Shown: positions 34,601-47,135, numbered from the stretch's first letter. The stretch: DNA of 48,732 nucleotides from Octopus bimaculoides (GCF_001194135.2 NC_068981.1:160621728-160670459), one strand, 5' to 3'. Notes: a model not told the origin generated them from the letters alone. Numbers and translations: made by a program.

Positions 34601-35785
34601 GTATTGGAAACCAATTTTCATTTGGTTTCTATCTAAAAATGTTAGGAGAGTTTCTTTCAAAGAAATATTTTCTGTCTTTCTTTTGTTTTGATTTTTGCTT
34701 TTATACATTTTTAAGGTAACAAAATGGTAGGTATCATAATAATAATAATAATATCAATTACCTTTGCAGACTTCCATTTCCTTTCTAAATTAGTCCTAGA
34801 TAGTTGAATTATTTAGAACTGAATGTGTTTCCCTAGCACTCACACCTTAAACTGGACTAGATCTATCAAAATTAGACATTTTATAAAACATCTACACTAT
34901 TAAAGATAAGATGGCCTTCCTACATTTAGTACTAAGCCTTATTTTCCTTACATCAAAATATTTATAACCAAATTGGGTAAGTATCTTAAATACATATTTT
35001 TTTACTAGAAATATTTCATTTAATTGATGCATTAAGTTAATTATGTATTTATATACATAAGTCCTTTAAATGAAACTTTTAACAAACTAGATATTAAATT
35101 CATCTTAATGATTTAACTGCTATAAACATTTTAAAGTTGTGGGTTATTCCACTTGTGACTATCTCATAACAGTTCAGATTTAATGTATTAATGTATTTCA
35201 TCCATAGCATGTGTTTTAAAATCCATACTTGGTAGCATTTTAGCCTTGGATTCCTATTGTACAGGTTCAGTTTATGAGGATGAAAAGTAAGAACTTTAAA
35301 ATAGTGTTAATGTTCCTTGAAAAGTGTAGTGAGTTCATATAACTCCCAAACCTCAACTGATTAAATATTGTAAAATTTTATTTTATAATTATTGAGTTAT
35401 TATTTCAAATTTTTATAGTATTTTGAGGTGGTGGTAGTGCGGGGGTGGGGTATTTGGACTCTTTTAAATATTGTTTTCTTTTAATTGCTTTTAAAAATTC
35501 CTTCTTTTTTACTTCATGTTTGTTATTTAATCTTTAAAAACAATTTTTAAATGCAGAAGTATCAATCTTGCCACAATCAATAGAAAATGGCATTTCTTCT
35601 ATCTTGTGCAGATAATACATAAGGAATATTCACATAGAGACAATACATAAAAAGTAAAAAGACTGTTTGAGAATGTCTTCGAGCAACAGAATTTTAAGAA
35701 AAGCTTACTTGCTTTTATTGCAGCTTCAATGGAGTAGACTTTGATACACTTTGTGTTTTTATTTATGTAAAATTTAATAGACAGA

Positions 35786-36075
35786 TATCATCATCATTTA
35801 ACATCCGTTTTCCATGCTGACATGGGTTGGACGATTTGACCAGAGCTAGCAAGCTGGAGAGCTAGACCAGGCTCCAGTCTGGTGCCCTTCCTAACACTAA
35901 CCACTTTATAGAGTGTATTGGACGCTTTTTAAATGGCACCTGCATGGGCATTTCCTATGCAACCTGGCATGGGTGAAATTTACATGGTGCCAGCATGGGT
36001 GCTCTTTACATGGCACTGGCACAGGTACTTTTTACATGACACCAGCACAGGTGATTTTTATGTGGCATCAGCATA
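35786..36075 (-). mobile_element. RTE 3'-tail copy carrying six tandem units of about 26 bp
   Basis: Tail CATCATCATTTAACATCCGTTTTCCATGC at the left; array at 35920-36075. Confidence 0.8.
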
Positions 36076-37647
36076 GATAGAAGCACTGACATCCAAATCA
36101 TCATTTTTTTTCATTATGAAGTTTATCTGTCATTTCATAAATTATATTGGTGCCTCGCAATATTGATTTTAATCTGAAGATTTTTTCCCTTTTAAAGAGT
36201 AGGAGAAAATGTGAAAAATCTCTTTAAACAAGATTTTTCTTTTAAAGTGGTATATAACATGTTGAAGGTGTATATTGAAAATATTTATCCTGCTCCTTAG
36301 AAATATGATCAAAATATGTGTGTGTGTGTGTGTTGTAATTTTCATATGAAGTTGGAAGATAAACAGTTTAGGAGTAGAAAAACAATAGAAGCATTGAACT
36401 TTCTGAGAACTTAATAAAATAAGTGAAGGGAGAAATACCTTTTAAATTTGATTTGTTAAAGAAGCTATTCTCATTTATTCTAAGATGATTAAAATTTATA
36501 GGCTACATAAGTTAGGTAAGACTTGAGAGAAAAGTTACACCCTAAAGGTTGCTTGTTTGTGTTTTTATTGTAATGTTTGCAGTCTTTGGTTGGCTAAAGG
36601 AATTACGAAAAGTTTTTGCAAATTAACTTCAGAGTATATGTGAAATTTCATGTTACATACAAACAAATTGGCTTTTTACTTTTGAAATACATTATTGGTG
36701 GGGATAAGTGGAAAAGTAACTAGTTGATTTAAGTAAAATAGAGAGGAAATTAGAAAACAATTATTAAATAAAAGCCATTTGAAATATTTACAAACCTTAT
36801 GTTTCAGTAAAAATATGTAATAGTCATGTCAACACATAAGGTTCTGAAAACTACTTCAAAATATGTAGGAAATAAACTCTACATTTTCCTCACTGCATTC
36901 ATCTGTGTATCTGTAAAGAATAATCCTTTTTAAACCACAAAGACCTTAATGCCAGTGCCTAGTTTCCTAATGCTGAATAAATGAGAAATAAATCTTCAGG
37001 TTAGGAGATACTTTGTTTTGGCATGAGCTTAATGTAGTATCTGTGACAGTAAGCAGACTGCTATCTTATGCTTAAATAATAGCACTCTAGCATGGTTTAG
37101 TCATTTGTATAATTAACCCCACCGCTTGGTCTTGTGATGCTTTTAGCAAAATTCATTTTAATGCAAACATTCAGGTTATGTCTCTGGCTTTAGGATAACT
37201 TCCTCCATCAGACTTAGAAGACCTGAATAAAGAAGTGGTGCAGTCATAGTTATTGCTTGCCCTTTCCTCCCTAACTAAGCAGTGAAAAAAAAGATATGCA
37301 GTAAGGCATGTGCATGTGCACACTTGTGCATACACACACATCCAGTTACAAACACACACACACATAAATGTATAATATACTTGAGATATCTACACGTGTA
37401 TATATTACACTTGGAATCATTTCATGGGTTAAATAAGAGACATAACTGACATCAGGTAATGATGAGTGACCAGTTTTTTAATAAAGAATTTTATTTGATG
37501 AAACAAATTAGATCTGTACAAACCAATGACTGCATAGCATTTAACTGTCTCTTGTTACAGACAGAAGAGATTTAGAGTTTTTTGTTTGTTTTTTTTCATA
37601 TACTTAAATTTGGTTTTCATTTTATATTCTTTTCTCTTTCTTTATAG

Positions 37648-37790
37648 ACATTAGATGCTGATTACTCAAAAAACCAAGAACCTCTTCTTGGAGTATTATC
37701 ACATATGCTCTCTGGGAAAAGTTTTGAACTAATTCTTGCAGCTGCTGCTGCCACTGGAAAGCTGCAAAGCTTTGCTATCAAGCTAGTCAA
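37648..37790 (+). CDS. MED24: MED24 exon (TLDADYSKNQEPLLGVLSHMLSGKSFELILAAAAATGKLQSFAIKLV)
   Basis: Matches TMDADHSKSPEGLLGVLGHMLSGKSLDLLLAAAAATGKLKSFARKF. Phase 0 to 2; follows an 11.4-kb intron. Confidence 0.98.
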
Positions 37791-37837
37791 GTAAGTATCA
37801 TCAATTTAATATTCATAATTTTTTCAGCATCAATTAA

Positions 37838-38058
37838 CCCTTTAGCATTTAAACCAGTCATATATGGCTAAAATATTCTGTCTTTTTTTTTTATGTTCAA
37901 GCTGGACAGATGTAACTTCCCACACCAACCCCACAATATCATTCTAAAAATAAACAATCCTATCAAGATCTAAAAGCTACAAGATAATGCATAATTAATT
38001 CAAAACAATGTGAATAAATAAACATTACCTTTGAAAGGATAATGTGGATGATAAAGGG
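37838..38058. mobile_element. piggyBac-like MITE
   Basis: TTAA-CCCTTTAGCATT ... ATGATAAAGGG-TTAA, that is CCC/GGG termini with TTAA on both sides (37834-37837 and 38059-38062). Confidence 0.75.
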
Positions 38059-38699
38059 TTAAAGATGGTTTTGTTATTGATTTTAAATAGCGTTGATTAT
38101 TTTAAATAATCTTTGACAACACTTTAATAAGGTTACTCATGTGAAATATTAATTTAAAGGACAACAAAATTGTAGTCATCTTTTATTTGAGAATGGTGAG
38201 TGCTTTATGTACAGAGGTAGGTGGCTGCAATGGTTTTGATTATTTTAATTAGCACACCTCTTGGACATCACTCCTAAGATGTAAAGCATTCTTTCAGCAT
38301 TATAATGGTTAAGTTATTAAATTATTCTGCTATACTGGTTTATCAATAATGATTGGTGCCATGAAAAAAAGTACCTGGTACACTCTTAAGTGGTTGTCAT
38401 TAGGAAAAGCATCCAACCATAGAAACTTTGCTTAAGCAGACACTGGCACCCAACACAGACTCCTGGCTAGTTGGATCTTGTCAAATCATCCAACACATTC
38501 CAGGATGGAACATGGACTTTAAATTCATTATTACCATAAGCAGTAGAGTCACAGTGATTTGAAGTCTTATGTGAGAAAGTGCAACTAATTTTCTACCAAC
38601 AATATTAATAGTAAACTTTTGCTGAATAACAATTTCTATTGGGTTTTGATGTACAATAGTTTTTCAGGATCGTTTGTATTCTAAGTTTTAAGAGTAATA

Positions 38700-39025
38700 T
38701 CATCATCATATGTCCATTTTCCATGCTGGCATGGGTTGGATGCTTTGACAGGAGCTGGCCAGCCAGAGAGCTGCACCACGCTCCTACTGTCTGTTTTTGG
38801 CATGGTTTCTATGGCTGGATGCCCTTCTTAGTGCCAACCACTTGGTGCTTTTTACATGGCACCAGCAAGGGTGCTCTCTGTGTGGCACCGGCATAGTTAC
38901 TCTCTACATATCACCGGCACAGGTGCTCTGTATGTGCCACTGGCATGGATGCTTTTTACATGGCACTGGCACAGATGCATTTTATGTGGCATCAGCATGA
39001 GAACTTTTTACATGACACCAGCACA
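38700..39025 (-). mobile_element. RTE 3'-tail copy carrying seven tandem 26-bp units
   Basis: Tail at 38700-38843; array at 38844-39025, consensus about GGTGCTTTTTACATGGCACCAGCACA. Confidence 0.8.
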
Positions 39026-39149
39026 GGCATCAACGTAAATATATCAGAATAGATATAGACTTTAGTCTGTGGTGACCCCTAGGACTCATAAGGTTGGAGC
39101 TTAACCCAGTTTACATGATGTTTAAGTAACTGAGATTATAAGACTCACT

Positions 39150-39335
39150 CCTGAACGGGCTTGGATGCCAGTCTATCACAGGATTGACTTCTCAGCTATT
39201 GCTGGAGCTCATTTACAGTTGAGTAGACTGGAGCAACATGAAGTGAAGTGTTTTGCTCAAGAACACAATGCACTGCTCAGCCAGGGAATCAAAACCACAA
39301 TCTTTTGATTGTGAGTGCAAAACACTAACCACTAA
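39150..39335 (-). mobile_element. tRNA-derived CORE-like SINE with another 3' module
   Basis: GACTGGAGCAACATGAAGTGAAGTGTTTTGCTCAAGAACACAATG...GTGAGTGCAAAACACTAACCACTA. Confidence 0.65.
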
Positions 39336-39866
39336 TGTTGTGTATAACTATGCATAATTATGTGGTTTCATGTAAGTAAAGAAAATTTTTTTTTAATGAA
39401 TATAAAGAACTTCATTATTTTGAATTCCAGGCATGGTTGTGTTTTTAAGAAGTTCACTTTGCAACCATGTGGTCTCCTGTTCAGTTTGACTGTACAGCGC
39501 CTTGGACAAGTGTCTTTTGCTTTAGCTCCATACTAACCAATGCCTTGTGAGTGAAATCGATTAGAAGTCCATTGTATACACACATGCACACACATATATG
39601 TATTATTGTGTGTGTGAGATGTCATTTCCAGTGCACGTTACATCCCATAGCTCTGGAGTTTCAAAGTTTAGCACAATAGGACAAAACAAAACAAAACAAT
39701 CCCTTACATGAAAAATAGTTATGGGTTGGCAACAGGAATTGCATCCAACTGTAAAATAAGTATTCCATTCAACCTATGCCTGCATACAAAAATGCACATA
39801 AAATAAAGAAATGAATATCTACCCTTAATTTTTTTTATTCTATGTATTTCTTATATTTTATTCTAG

Positions 39867-39987
39867 GTTTAATGAATTTGCACGTCAAGCAACTGGTGAG
39901 GGTGGGAAAGCAGCCAATACAAGAGCTTTGTTGTTTGACATTTCTTTCTTAATGTTATGTCACATAGCACAACTTTATGGTGCTGAG
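39867..39987 (+). CDS. MED24: MED24 exon (FNEFARQATGEGGKAANTRALLFDISFLMLCHIAQLYGAE)
   Basis: Matches LNEF...VRALLFDISFLMLCHVAQTYGSE. Phase 2 to 0. Confidence 0.98.
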
Positions 39988-40856
39988 GTAATTATTTTGT
40001 TGTTATATTAATAGCACTGTATTTGCCAGTGTATAAGATGCACTTTTGATTAAAACACACACCTATTTTACATGTATATTTAAGGGGTGGGGGAGAACAA
40101 ATTTAATGAGTTTCATCATACACTTATTGAAAGATATTTTCAAGTGGTTTTTTTATGTGAAAAATGCATGATTCTGTGCATGCAAATACAATGCTGAGAC
40201 AGTATACTGGAATGAAGTATAAAACCATAGATTTATCATAAACAAACTACATTATATGAGTACGATATTTAATTTTATCTTTTTTCAGATCAGCTATATA
40301 ATTGTTTATATGTTGGTCAAGAGAATTTCCATACAGGATGTAAAACTCATATTTGTGACTGTGATGTTTTAATATTCCCACAATCAGTCACCAGGGTGGT
40401 GCACCATAACTATGGTTTTGTTATCGTCCCCTCATTCCAAATAGCTAATTGGTGAATGAAAATTTAACATTCCTTTCATCTTTCTAAGAGAATTTTCATT
40501 TAGATAATTAAAAAATGTTTCTTAAAAGTGATAAAGAATAAAGACCCCCTTTGGTCATAAATGACCATGAGATTGCACCTAGAAAGCTCCCCTCTGAGGC
40601 ACAAGTCTGGGCAAGGCTGTTTATTGAAGACCAGCAGTCGCCCATGCATTTTCTTTTGACATCTTCTCTCTTCTCACACTACTGTCTACCAAACTATCAC
40701 TTTTACTTTAAACCTATGATAACTTCAGTCTTTCATTCTTATCAGAAGCTACCAAAAAGGCTTCCTAAAATTTTATAACTCTCTGTAATCATGGAAAAGT
40801 ATGCACTTGATTTAACAAAGTATGACAAAAAAAATTCGCCTGTTTCCTTAGAAATA

Positions 40857-41067
40857 CAGTAATCCCTTGACTATCGCAGATGTTACATTCCAAAACACCC
40901 TGCAGTAGGTGAAAATCCATGAAGTAGAAACAATACTGTACTGTATATTTTTTAAATATTTTTAGAATTTGTATGTATTTATTTTATTACAAGTGCAAAA
41001 ACAACACCAATGTAAGCTTGAATAATATACTGTGACAGGTGAACCACGATATGGTGAGGGATTACTG
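40857..41067. mobile_element. Tc1/mariner superfamily (pogo/Tigger-like) MITE
   Basis: TA-CAGTAATCCCT ... AGGGATTACTG-TA: 11-bp perfect termini with further imperfect pairing and a TA duplication. Confidence 0.8.
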
Positions 41068-41276
41068 TACTCATAATTTTCATGTTGGCCATAACTTTAT
41101 ACACTTTTGGTTGGCTGCCTGTCTATCATACACTTCATTAATTCTGATGTCCTACAAACTATCTGTTATTTTACCAATTCTATTTATTATGTGTCTTATC
41201 AGACATCTCTAATTCTATTCACAGCCTTTCACTCACATTATTGTTCATACCCATTAATTATCTTTTCAAAATATAG

Positions 41277-41446
41277 ATAATTACTTCAAGTCCTGATTGC
41301 TCAGAGTCTTTCTTTGCTCAGTGGTCAATGAAATGTCTGCCAGAAGATGGTAAATACAAATGTATAGAGAATAGCAGTCCTAGTGACCAACACAAAGTTG
41401 ACTTGCTTTTAAACCAGTTTACAAATGGAGGGGAACATAAAAACAG
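41277..41446 (+). CDS. MED24: MED24 exon (IITSSPDCSESFFAQWSMKCLPEDGKYKC...DQHKVDLLLNQFTNGGEHKN)
   Basis: Matches FFETWMQTCMPEEGK...DSTKVESLV. Phase 0 to 2. Confidence 0.95.
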
Positions 41447-41539
41447 GTAGGAACTTCAAACTTTACTGCAAAATAGATTTTTTTTAAATCAGTTTTAAAC
41501 TTTCTTTTTGTGTAATCACTATTTTCTGATTGTCATGTA

Positions 41540-41754
41540 TGAGTAGGTGCTGAAAGTTCCTGGCTTTAAGGGTATCGTGAAAAGCCTGGTTGGAGACCCA
41601 ACCTTCTAAGTTCTTTTACATGGCTTAAAAAAACTGAGGGTCCACTGCAGTAAGTGTATAAATCTGAGCGGGGAATATGTTCAATAAAATCATAATTAAC
41701 TGATCTTCTGTATTTTCTTTAACTCAAAGCCAAGAACTTTTCAGCACCCCCTCG
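41540..41754 (+). mobile_element. mariner internal-deletion derivative
   Basis: TIRs (TA)TGAGTAGGTGCTGAAAGTTCCTGGCTTT and AAAGCCAAGAACTTTTCAGCACCCCCTCG(TA). The interior retains KLRVHCSKCINLSGEYVQ*, resembling the mariner C-terminus RWxKCIxxxGxYxE. Confidence 0.85.
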
Positions 41755-42708
41755 TATTACATCTTCACTCTAAGCTGCAGAGTTAGAGAAATTTGATTAT
41801 TTCCTTTAAATGTTCTACTCTAGAATGTATATGAAGGTTACGACTGGTTGGGCCAAAGATACATACAGGTATCGTCTGGATTACAGAAATGTTGCTTTCC
41901 TGAAAATTTTACCATAACATAGAATTCTGTAACATGAATTGCATTTTCCCCATTGACTTCCATGTAGCATGAAACATTGCAAGGAAATCATTGCATACAC
42001 AAGGATTCCCTTATTGGCAAACACTTTCATGATTTATATTTCACTATTGAAGGCCAAGATACTTAACTCCTACTACCTTGATTGCTGTATAAGTATATAC
42101 GTATATCTACAATAAGGAAATAAAGCCTAGAAGTTCAAAAGTATTAGAGTTTTGTTAGCTTTCACTCTTACTGGTTTCAGCCATTCAGTTATGTCCATGA
42201 CTGTTAAGTGTATAATTTGTAGGTGTACAAGTGTTCTGGTAATAAAGTGTTGCACACTGTTATTTAAACGTACAAAAGTATAGCAGTATTTGTTGAAAAG
42301 GGTTACTTTGACGTGTGTGCGCTTGTACTACTGCATGGATTTATAGAGGATTACCTACAGATGAACCTGTAATTTGAATGGATCTAAAAGCATAAACAAA
42401 CAAATGAAACACTATTTTTGAAAAAGTTTCCTAGATCTCTTTATATTAGTTAAATAAAATTCGGGCAAACTTTGTAGTATGTTATGCAAAGCTCATCCAC
42501 AGTTATTGGCTACCAGCTGACATCATACAGTAGAAATGCTCTTGCTAGTGGATTATACATCAGGAATTCAATGGTATCCATTGCATTTATATAAATAGGT
42601 AAATAATTGAAAATGATTTGAACAACATTCTTTATTCAAAAATCACTACAATTGCTTTGATACATTTTTACACTATTGGTGAGACGATATAATTAATATG
42701 TTAGTCAT

Positions 42709-42854
42709 CACTATCATCCATCAAAGGTGTAAGATGCGCTTAGCTTTAGGTATTCATTCTCATACTGAGTGAAATTACAGTATGATCCAACAAAGGACTT
42801 ATTTAAAACAATCTCTTAAAAAAGTGTATCTTACACCTTTGGTCGATGATAGTG
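42709..42854. mobile_element. MITE with CACTA...TAGTG termini
   Basis: 29-bp TIRs match at 26 of 29 positions (CACTATCATCCATCAAAGGTGTAAGATGC versus the reverse complement of the right end). No clean TSD. Confidence 0.65.
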
Positions 42855-43109
42855 GGTCATGTTATGCTGATGTTCCCTAATAACAAGAGCACTGTGGCCA
42901 TGCACTTTCAAAGTTTCATGGAGTATAAAAACATATCCCTTACTTGAGAGACAGGTATGGGTTTGCTGCAGAAAATACTGCCTCAGATAAGTGTCTGTTC
43001 TACCCATGCCAGCATGGAAAAATGAACAGATGATATGTGTGTGTTAATACATACTACATCAACATCAGCAATATCAAAATCAAATCAAATGGAAATTGTA
43101 GTTGTGAGC

Positions 43110-43435
43110 CGTGTGCCAGTAGCACGTAAAAAGCACCATCTGAACGTGGCCGATGCCAGCACCACCTTGACTGGCTTCTGTGCCCGTTGCATGTAAAAAA
43201 CAACATCCGATCTTGGTCGATACCAGCACCTCTGGCCCCTGTACCAGTGGCAGGTAAAAAGTACCCACTACACTCTCATAGTGGTTGGCGTTAGGAAGGG
43301 CATCCAGCTGTAAAAACACTGCCAGATCAGATTGGGGCCTGGTGCAGCCTCCTGGCTTCCCAGACCCCAGTCGAACCGTCCAACCCATGCCAGCATGGAA
43401 AACGGACATTAAACGATGATGATGATGATGATGAT
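43110..43435 (+). mobile_element. RTE 3'-tail copy with three spaced GTGCC...GCACGTAAAAAGCACC units
   Basis: Ends CCCATGCCAGCATGGAAAACGGACATTAAAC(GAT)n. Confidence 0.85.
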
Positions 43436-43672
43436 ACATACATATTGACAGACATACAAAAAGTCTCATTTCATGCTTGTGGTAATGTGTAATAGAAGTT
43501 ATTTTTGTGATTTGACTGAGGCATCTTTAGGCAGTTACAAGGAGACTATATTCAGTAATAGGTAGCAGTATGTTAAAGACTCCACCTGAACATCATATTT
43601 TTATATTGGATGATTTTTTAAATGGTTTATTTAAAATATTTTATATTATTATATTGACATATCTTATTGCAG

Positions 43673-43772
43673 TATGGCTCGCTGGCATGAAATCTGTATG
43701 AATGCTCCATTTGCAATGCAAGAAGTTCTGTTTGCATGGGAACATGGTGCTTTATCTGCTGATAACGTTAAG
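43673..43772 (+). CDS. MED24: MED24 exon (SMARWHEICMNAPFAMQEVLFAWEHGALSADNVK)
   Basis: Matches KWHEACLSISAAILEILNAWENGVL. Phase 2 to 0. Confidence 0.96.
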
Positions 43773-44578
43773 GTAATTATTATCATTTTGTTTTTCCTTT
43801 TGTGAATGTTTATTTTAATGTATTTTATTTATTTTTTAAATTGTCTTTTTAATTGAATCAGTGGATTTTTAAAAGCTTATTTTTAAGTATAGCTAGATTG
43901 ACAAACCTATTAGCTGAGGCCTTGAGTAGCTATGTATGTTAAGCCATGTTTCTTTGGATCTGAAGACAAAAGCACGGTTGAAAATAATGGAGGGAAAACA
44001 AATGTAGATTTGGTGTTTGCCTACACAGAAAATTGGTCAAGCTGAAAAAAGGAATTGTGTTTATTGGACACTACAGATTGATTAACATTGTCAAGAAAGT
44101 TGGCAAATGTCAGGATGAATTTAACTGCAGGTTAAAAAAATCTTCAGCAACAGAAACAAAAAGAAGGGAGCTGCAAGCCCAAGGCAAAGCAAGGTATCTG
44201 CACTATTGCTACAGTCTTGTTAAACGTAAAAATGAAGCAACAAAAACAATAATTGAAAGTGTTTCTAGTTTATGAAAAAAAAAATTATGCATATTCACCC
44301 ATAACATTTGATCATTTGTAGAGTAAATATGGACTGGAAGTTAAAAAGTTGAAGAAATCAGTATTTAAAAGCAGACTTAGTGTGATTTTCATTATTTTAA
44401 AACTATTTTGTACTCGACTTCTTTTTATTGAAGATGTTTTTACATTATTGCTATACATGTTGTTTTCTGAAATAAATACAAAGCATTCCAGTTTGTAAAT
44501 ATTTTTACTGCATTTCTTTATAGAGTTTTATATTTTCAAACCAATTTATTTTGAATATGGATTTTTTTTTTTATACAG

Positions 44579-44763
44579 AATATATTAGATTGTGTAAAGA
44601 AAAAGATGTGCTGTCTACCCGTCGTAGTATCAGCCTGGTTATGTAGTTACATGAACACAGTTGGTGAAGAAGCTCGATCAAAACCACATAACATGCTTGA
44701 ACAACTCAGTCGTGTTAATCCAGATTCCCAAGGACAATATCCATCAGAAAATTATCATGAAAG
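44579..44763 (+). CDS. MED24: MED24 exon (NILDCVKKKMCCLPVVVSAWLCSYMNTVGEEARSKP...ENYHE)
   Basis: Matches DNIKGKVCSLAVCAVAWL...FYNER. Phase 0 to 2. Confidence 0.95.
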
Positions 44764-46063
44764 GTAATTATCATTTCTTGTTGAGCAATGATACAACATT
44801 TAGCATGTCTTTTAAGTCTGCATTGTTCATTAACAAAATACAGTAAACTTACTTTTCTCTAAACTGGGCTAATGCTATTGTTGTTAATGTTTTATTGTCA
44901 AAATGAATGTCCTTCTTCTATTAAAGGAGATCTTGCCTGCACACTAATAATCCCCTAAATTTCTTTGTATTTCACATTCTCCACTGCTATCACATCTCCT
45001 CCAGCCACCTAATGAAATAGTCTTTGGTTTGTGGTTTTTCACACAGATGGCTTTTTCAATGCTTCTGGTACACTTAAAATGTTAATTACTTGCACAACAT
45101 TAATATGACTAAATTGGTGACCAACTTTTTTTTCACCCTGAACACGATCATCATTGTCACCATCATCATTGTCACCATCATCAATATTTAACATCCATTT
45201 TCATGCTGGTGTGGGTAGGACAGTTTGACAAGAGCTGCCTGGGCTCCATGTCTGTTTCGGCATGGTTCCTGTGGCTGATGCCCTTCCTAATGCCAACCAC
45301 CTCACAGAGTGTACTGGGTGCTTTTACATGACATCAGCACTCATGAGCCCACAAAATAAGGATAGCCATTTCTAAAATATATATATTAGTGACCATTGCA
45401 ATGATTTCTTCTCTTAGCTTGCTCGCTCTATCCAGGACACCTGTTTGAATATTGATTTCAAATTTTCGTACAAAGTCAGCAAGTTTGGGAGTGGGGTAAG
45501 TCAATTACATCAATCCCGGTGCTCAACTGTATTTCTTTTCTTGAGCCCAAGGCCTCATAAGGCTGGCTATCCAATTTCCAAATGACAGATCACAACACTC
45601 CCCTTGAATGGGATGCTGCTCCATTGCCAGGTTCGTGGTCAGCAATTTTGAGGGGAGGAGAACAAGCCGATTTCATCAACTCTAGTAGTTGACTAGTACT
45701 TTATTTTATCAGCCTTAAAGGAATGGAAGGCAAAGTGAGATTTATACTTGGAATGCAAAGAGCCAGAATAAATATGCTATGCATTTTCTTGTATGTGCTA
45801 ATGATTCTGTCAACTCACCACCTAGTTGCTTCATTGCCCCTTCATAATTATAGACTTCCAGACCCTGTCAAATGTCTCCTATAGGTCAGAAAATGTTGCT
45901 AACTTTTTTGTTATTCTTCTGAGTCATTCTATTAAACTCTTTAACTGTAATGTTGTTGAACTAAAACTAATAAATAATTTCCAAAAATATCGGCATTCCT
46001 AAGTATTTTAAAATAAAATTTTGTTATTTCATAAATCAGTTTTTTTTTCTAAAACAATTTTAG

Positions 46064-46295
46064 GTCTCATCTTATGAGTATAATTTTGTGCAAAATGAGT
46101 AATGATATTTTACCTGCCTCAAGACGCTCAACTGCTCAGCAGTATATTCCCCCAAAGGCTCTACCTGGCAAAGTCATGGATCAGACAACACAAGCCATCT
46201 TTGAAAAAGGCTGGGTAGATTTACGGAGTCTACATGCTTTAGAACAATTATTAAATTTATGTGGCTCTGACTGGTTTAGTGATAGGCTTGTTGCA
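46064..46295 (+). CDS. MED24: MED24 exon (RSHLMSIILCKM...IFEKGWVDLRSLHALEQLLNLCGSDWFSDRLVA)
   Basis: Matches VLEKGWVDSRSIHIFDTLLHMGGVYWF. Phase 2 to 0. Confidence 0.96.
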
Positions 46296-46849
46296 GTAAG
46301 TATCCGTTTTTCCTTTTCTTTTGTATTTGTTCCTTTAAGATATCAGTCAATTTTCTCAATTTTATAATAATACTTTAAATACAAACGAGGTTGTTTTTCA
46401 AGAGAGAAATATATAAAATTGGAGAAATATGTATTTATGAAAGTATCCTTCATGGCTGTATAGTTAAGAAGTTGCTTCATAACCGCATACTTCTGAGCTT
46501 GACCCTACTCCATGGCACTTTAGGCAAGTTTCTTATACAATAGCTTTGAGTGCCAATGCTTTATGAGTGGAATTTGATAGATAGAAACTGTGTAGATGCC
46601 GTTTTATATGTATGTGTATATCTTTTTATAGTACATATAGGTGAAAGAGTTAAACAGTGTTGAGGAGAAAAAATGGTCCTTTGAATAAAAATACCCTGTG
46701 TAATATTTGTTGTGCCTCAGTTGCACATCCAATCCCTTGTCACTTGTGCCATTAAAAATGCAGTGATTTAGTTATTGTTGGAAACTAACCAGCAATGTTG
46801 TTATTGTTCAGTAAATGCAATGGCCTGGCTCTCTGTCAGTTATGATGTA

Positions 46850-47135
46850 TGTTCCAGTTGATGCAATCAATTGAACAGCCTGTTCATGAAATTAACATGC
46901 AAGTGGCTGATCACTTCACAGTCACAGGTATGCTTAACATATTTCTCAGGGAGGTTCAACATGACACAGTGTGAGACAAGGCTGGCCCTTTGAATTACAG
47001 GTACTACTCATTTTTACCAGCTGAGTGTACTGGAGTAATGAGAAATAGGGTCTTGCTCAGTGACACAGCCAGGAATCAGATTCATAACATTTTGATTGTG
47101 AGCCAAATTTCCAGCCACTATGCCACAGACCTCCT
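46850..47135 (-). mobile_element. tRNA-derived SINE: CORE-like head joined to the 3' module of the 18453 SINE
   Basis: Plus-strand GACAAGGCTGGCCCTTTGAATTACAGGTA and GAAATTAACATGCAAGTGGCTGA are reverse complements of segments in 18655-18770. Confidence 0.75.

Noticed and set aside
35426-35455. G-rich runs that might form G-quadruplexes (also about 30950-30965)
   Set aside because: Too few regular G3 tracts, and there is no supporting context.
38844-39025. Regularly spaced 26-bp repeats superficially like a CRISPR array
   Set aside because: The units are head-to-tail and degenerate with no unique spacers, there are no cas genes, and the context is a eukaryotic intron.
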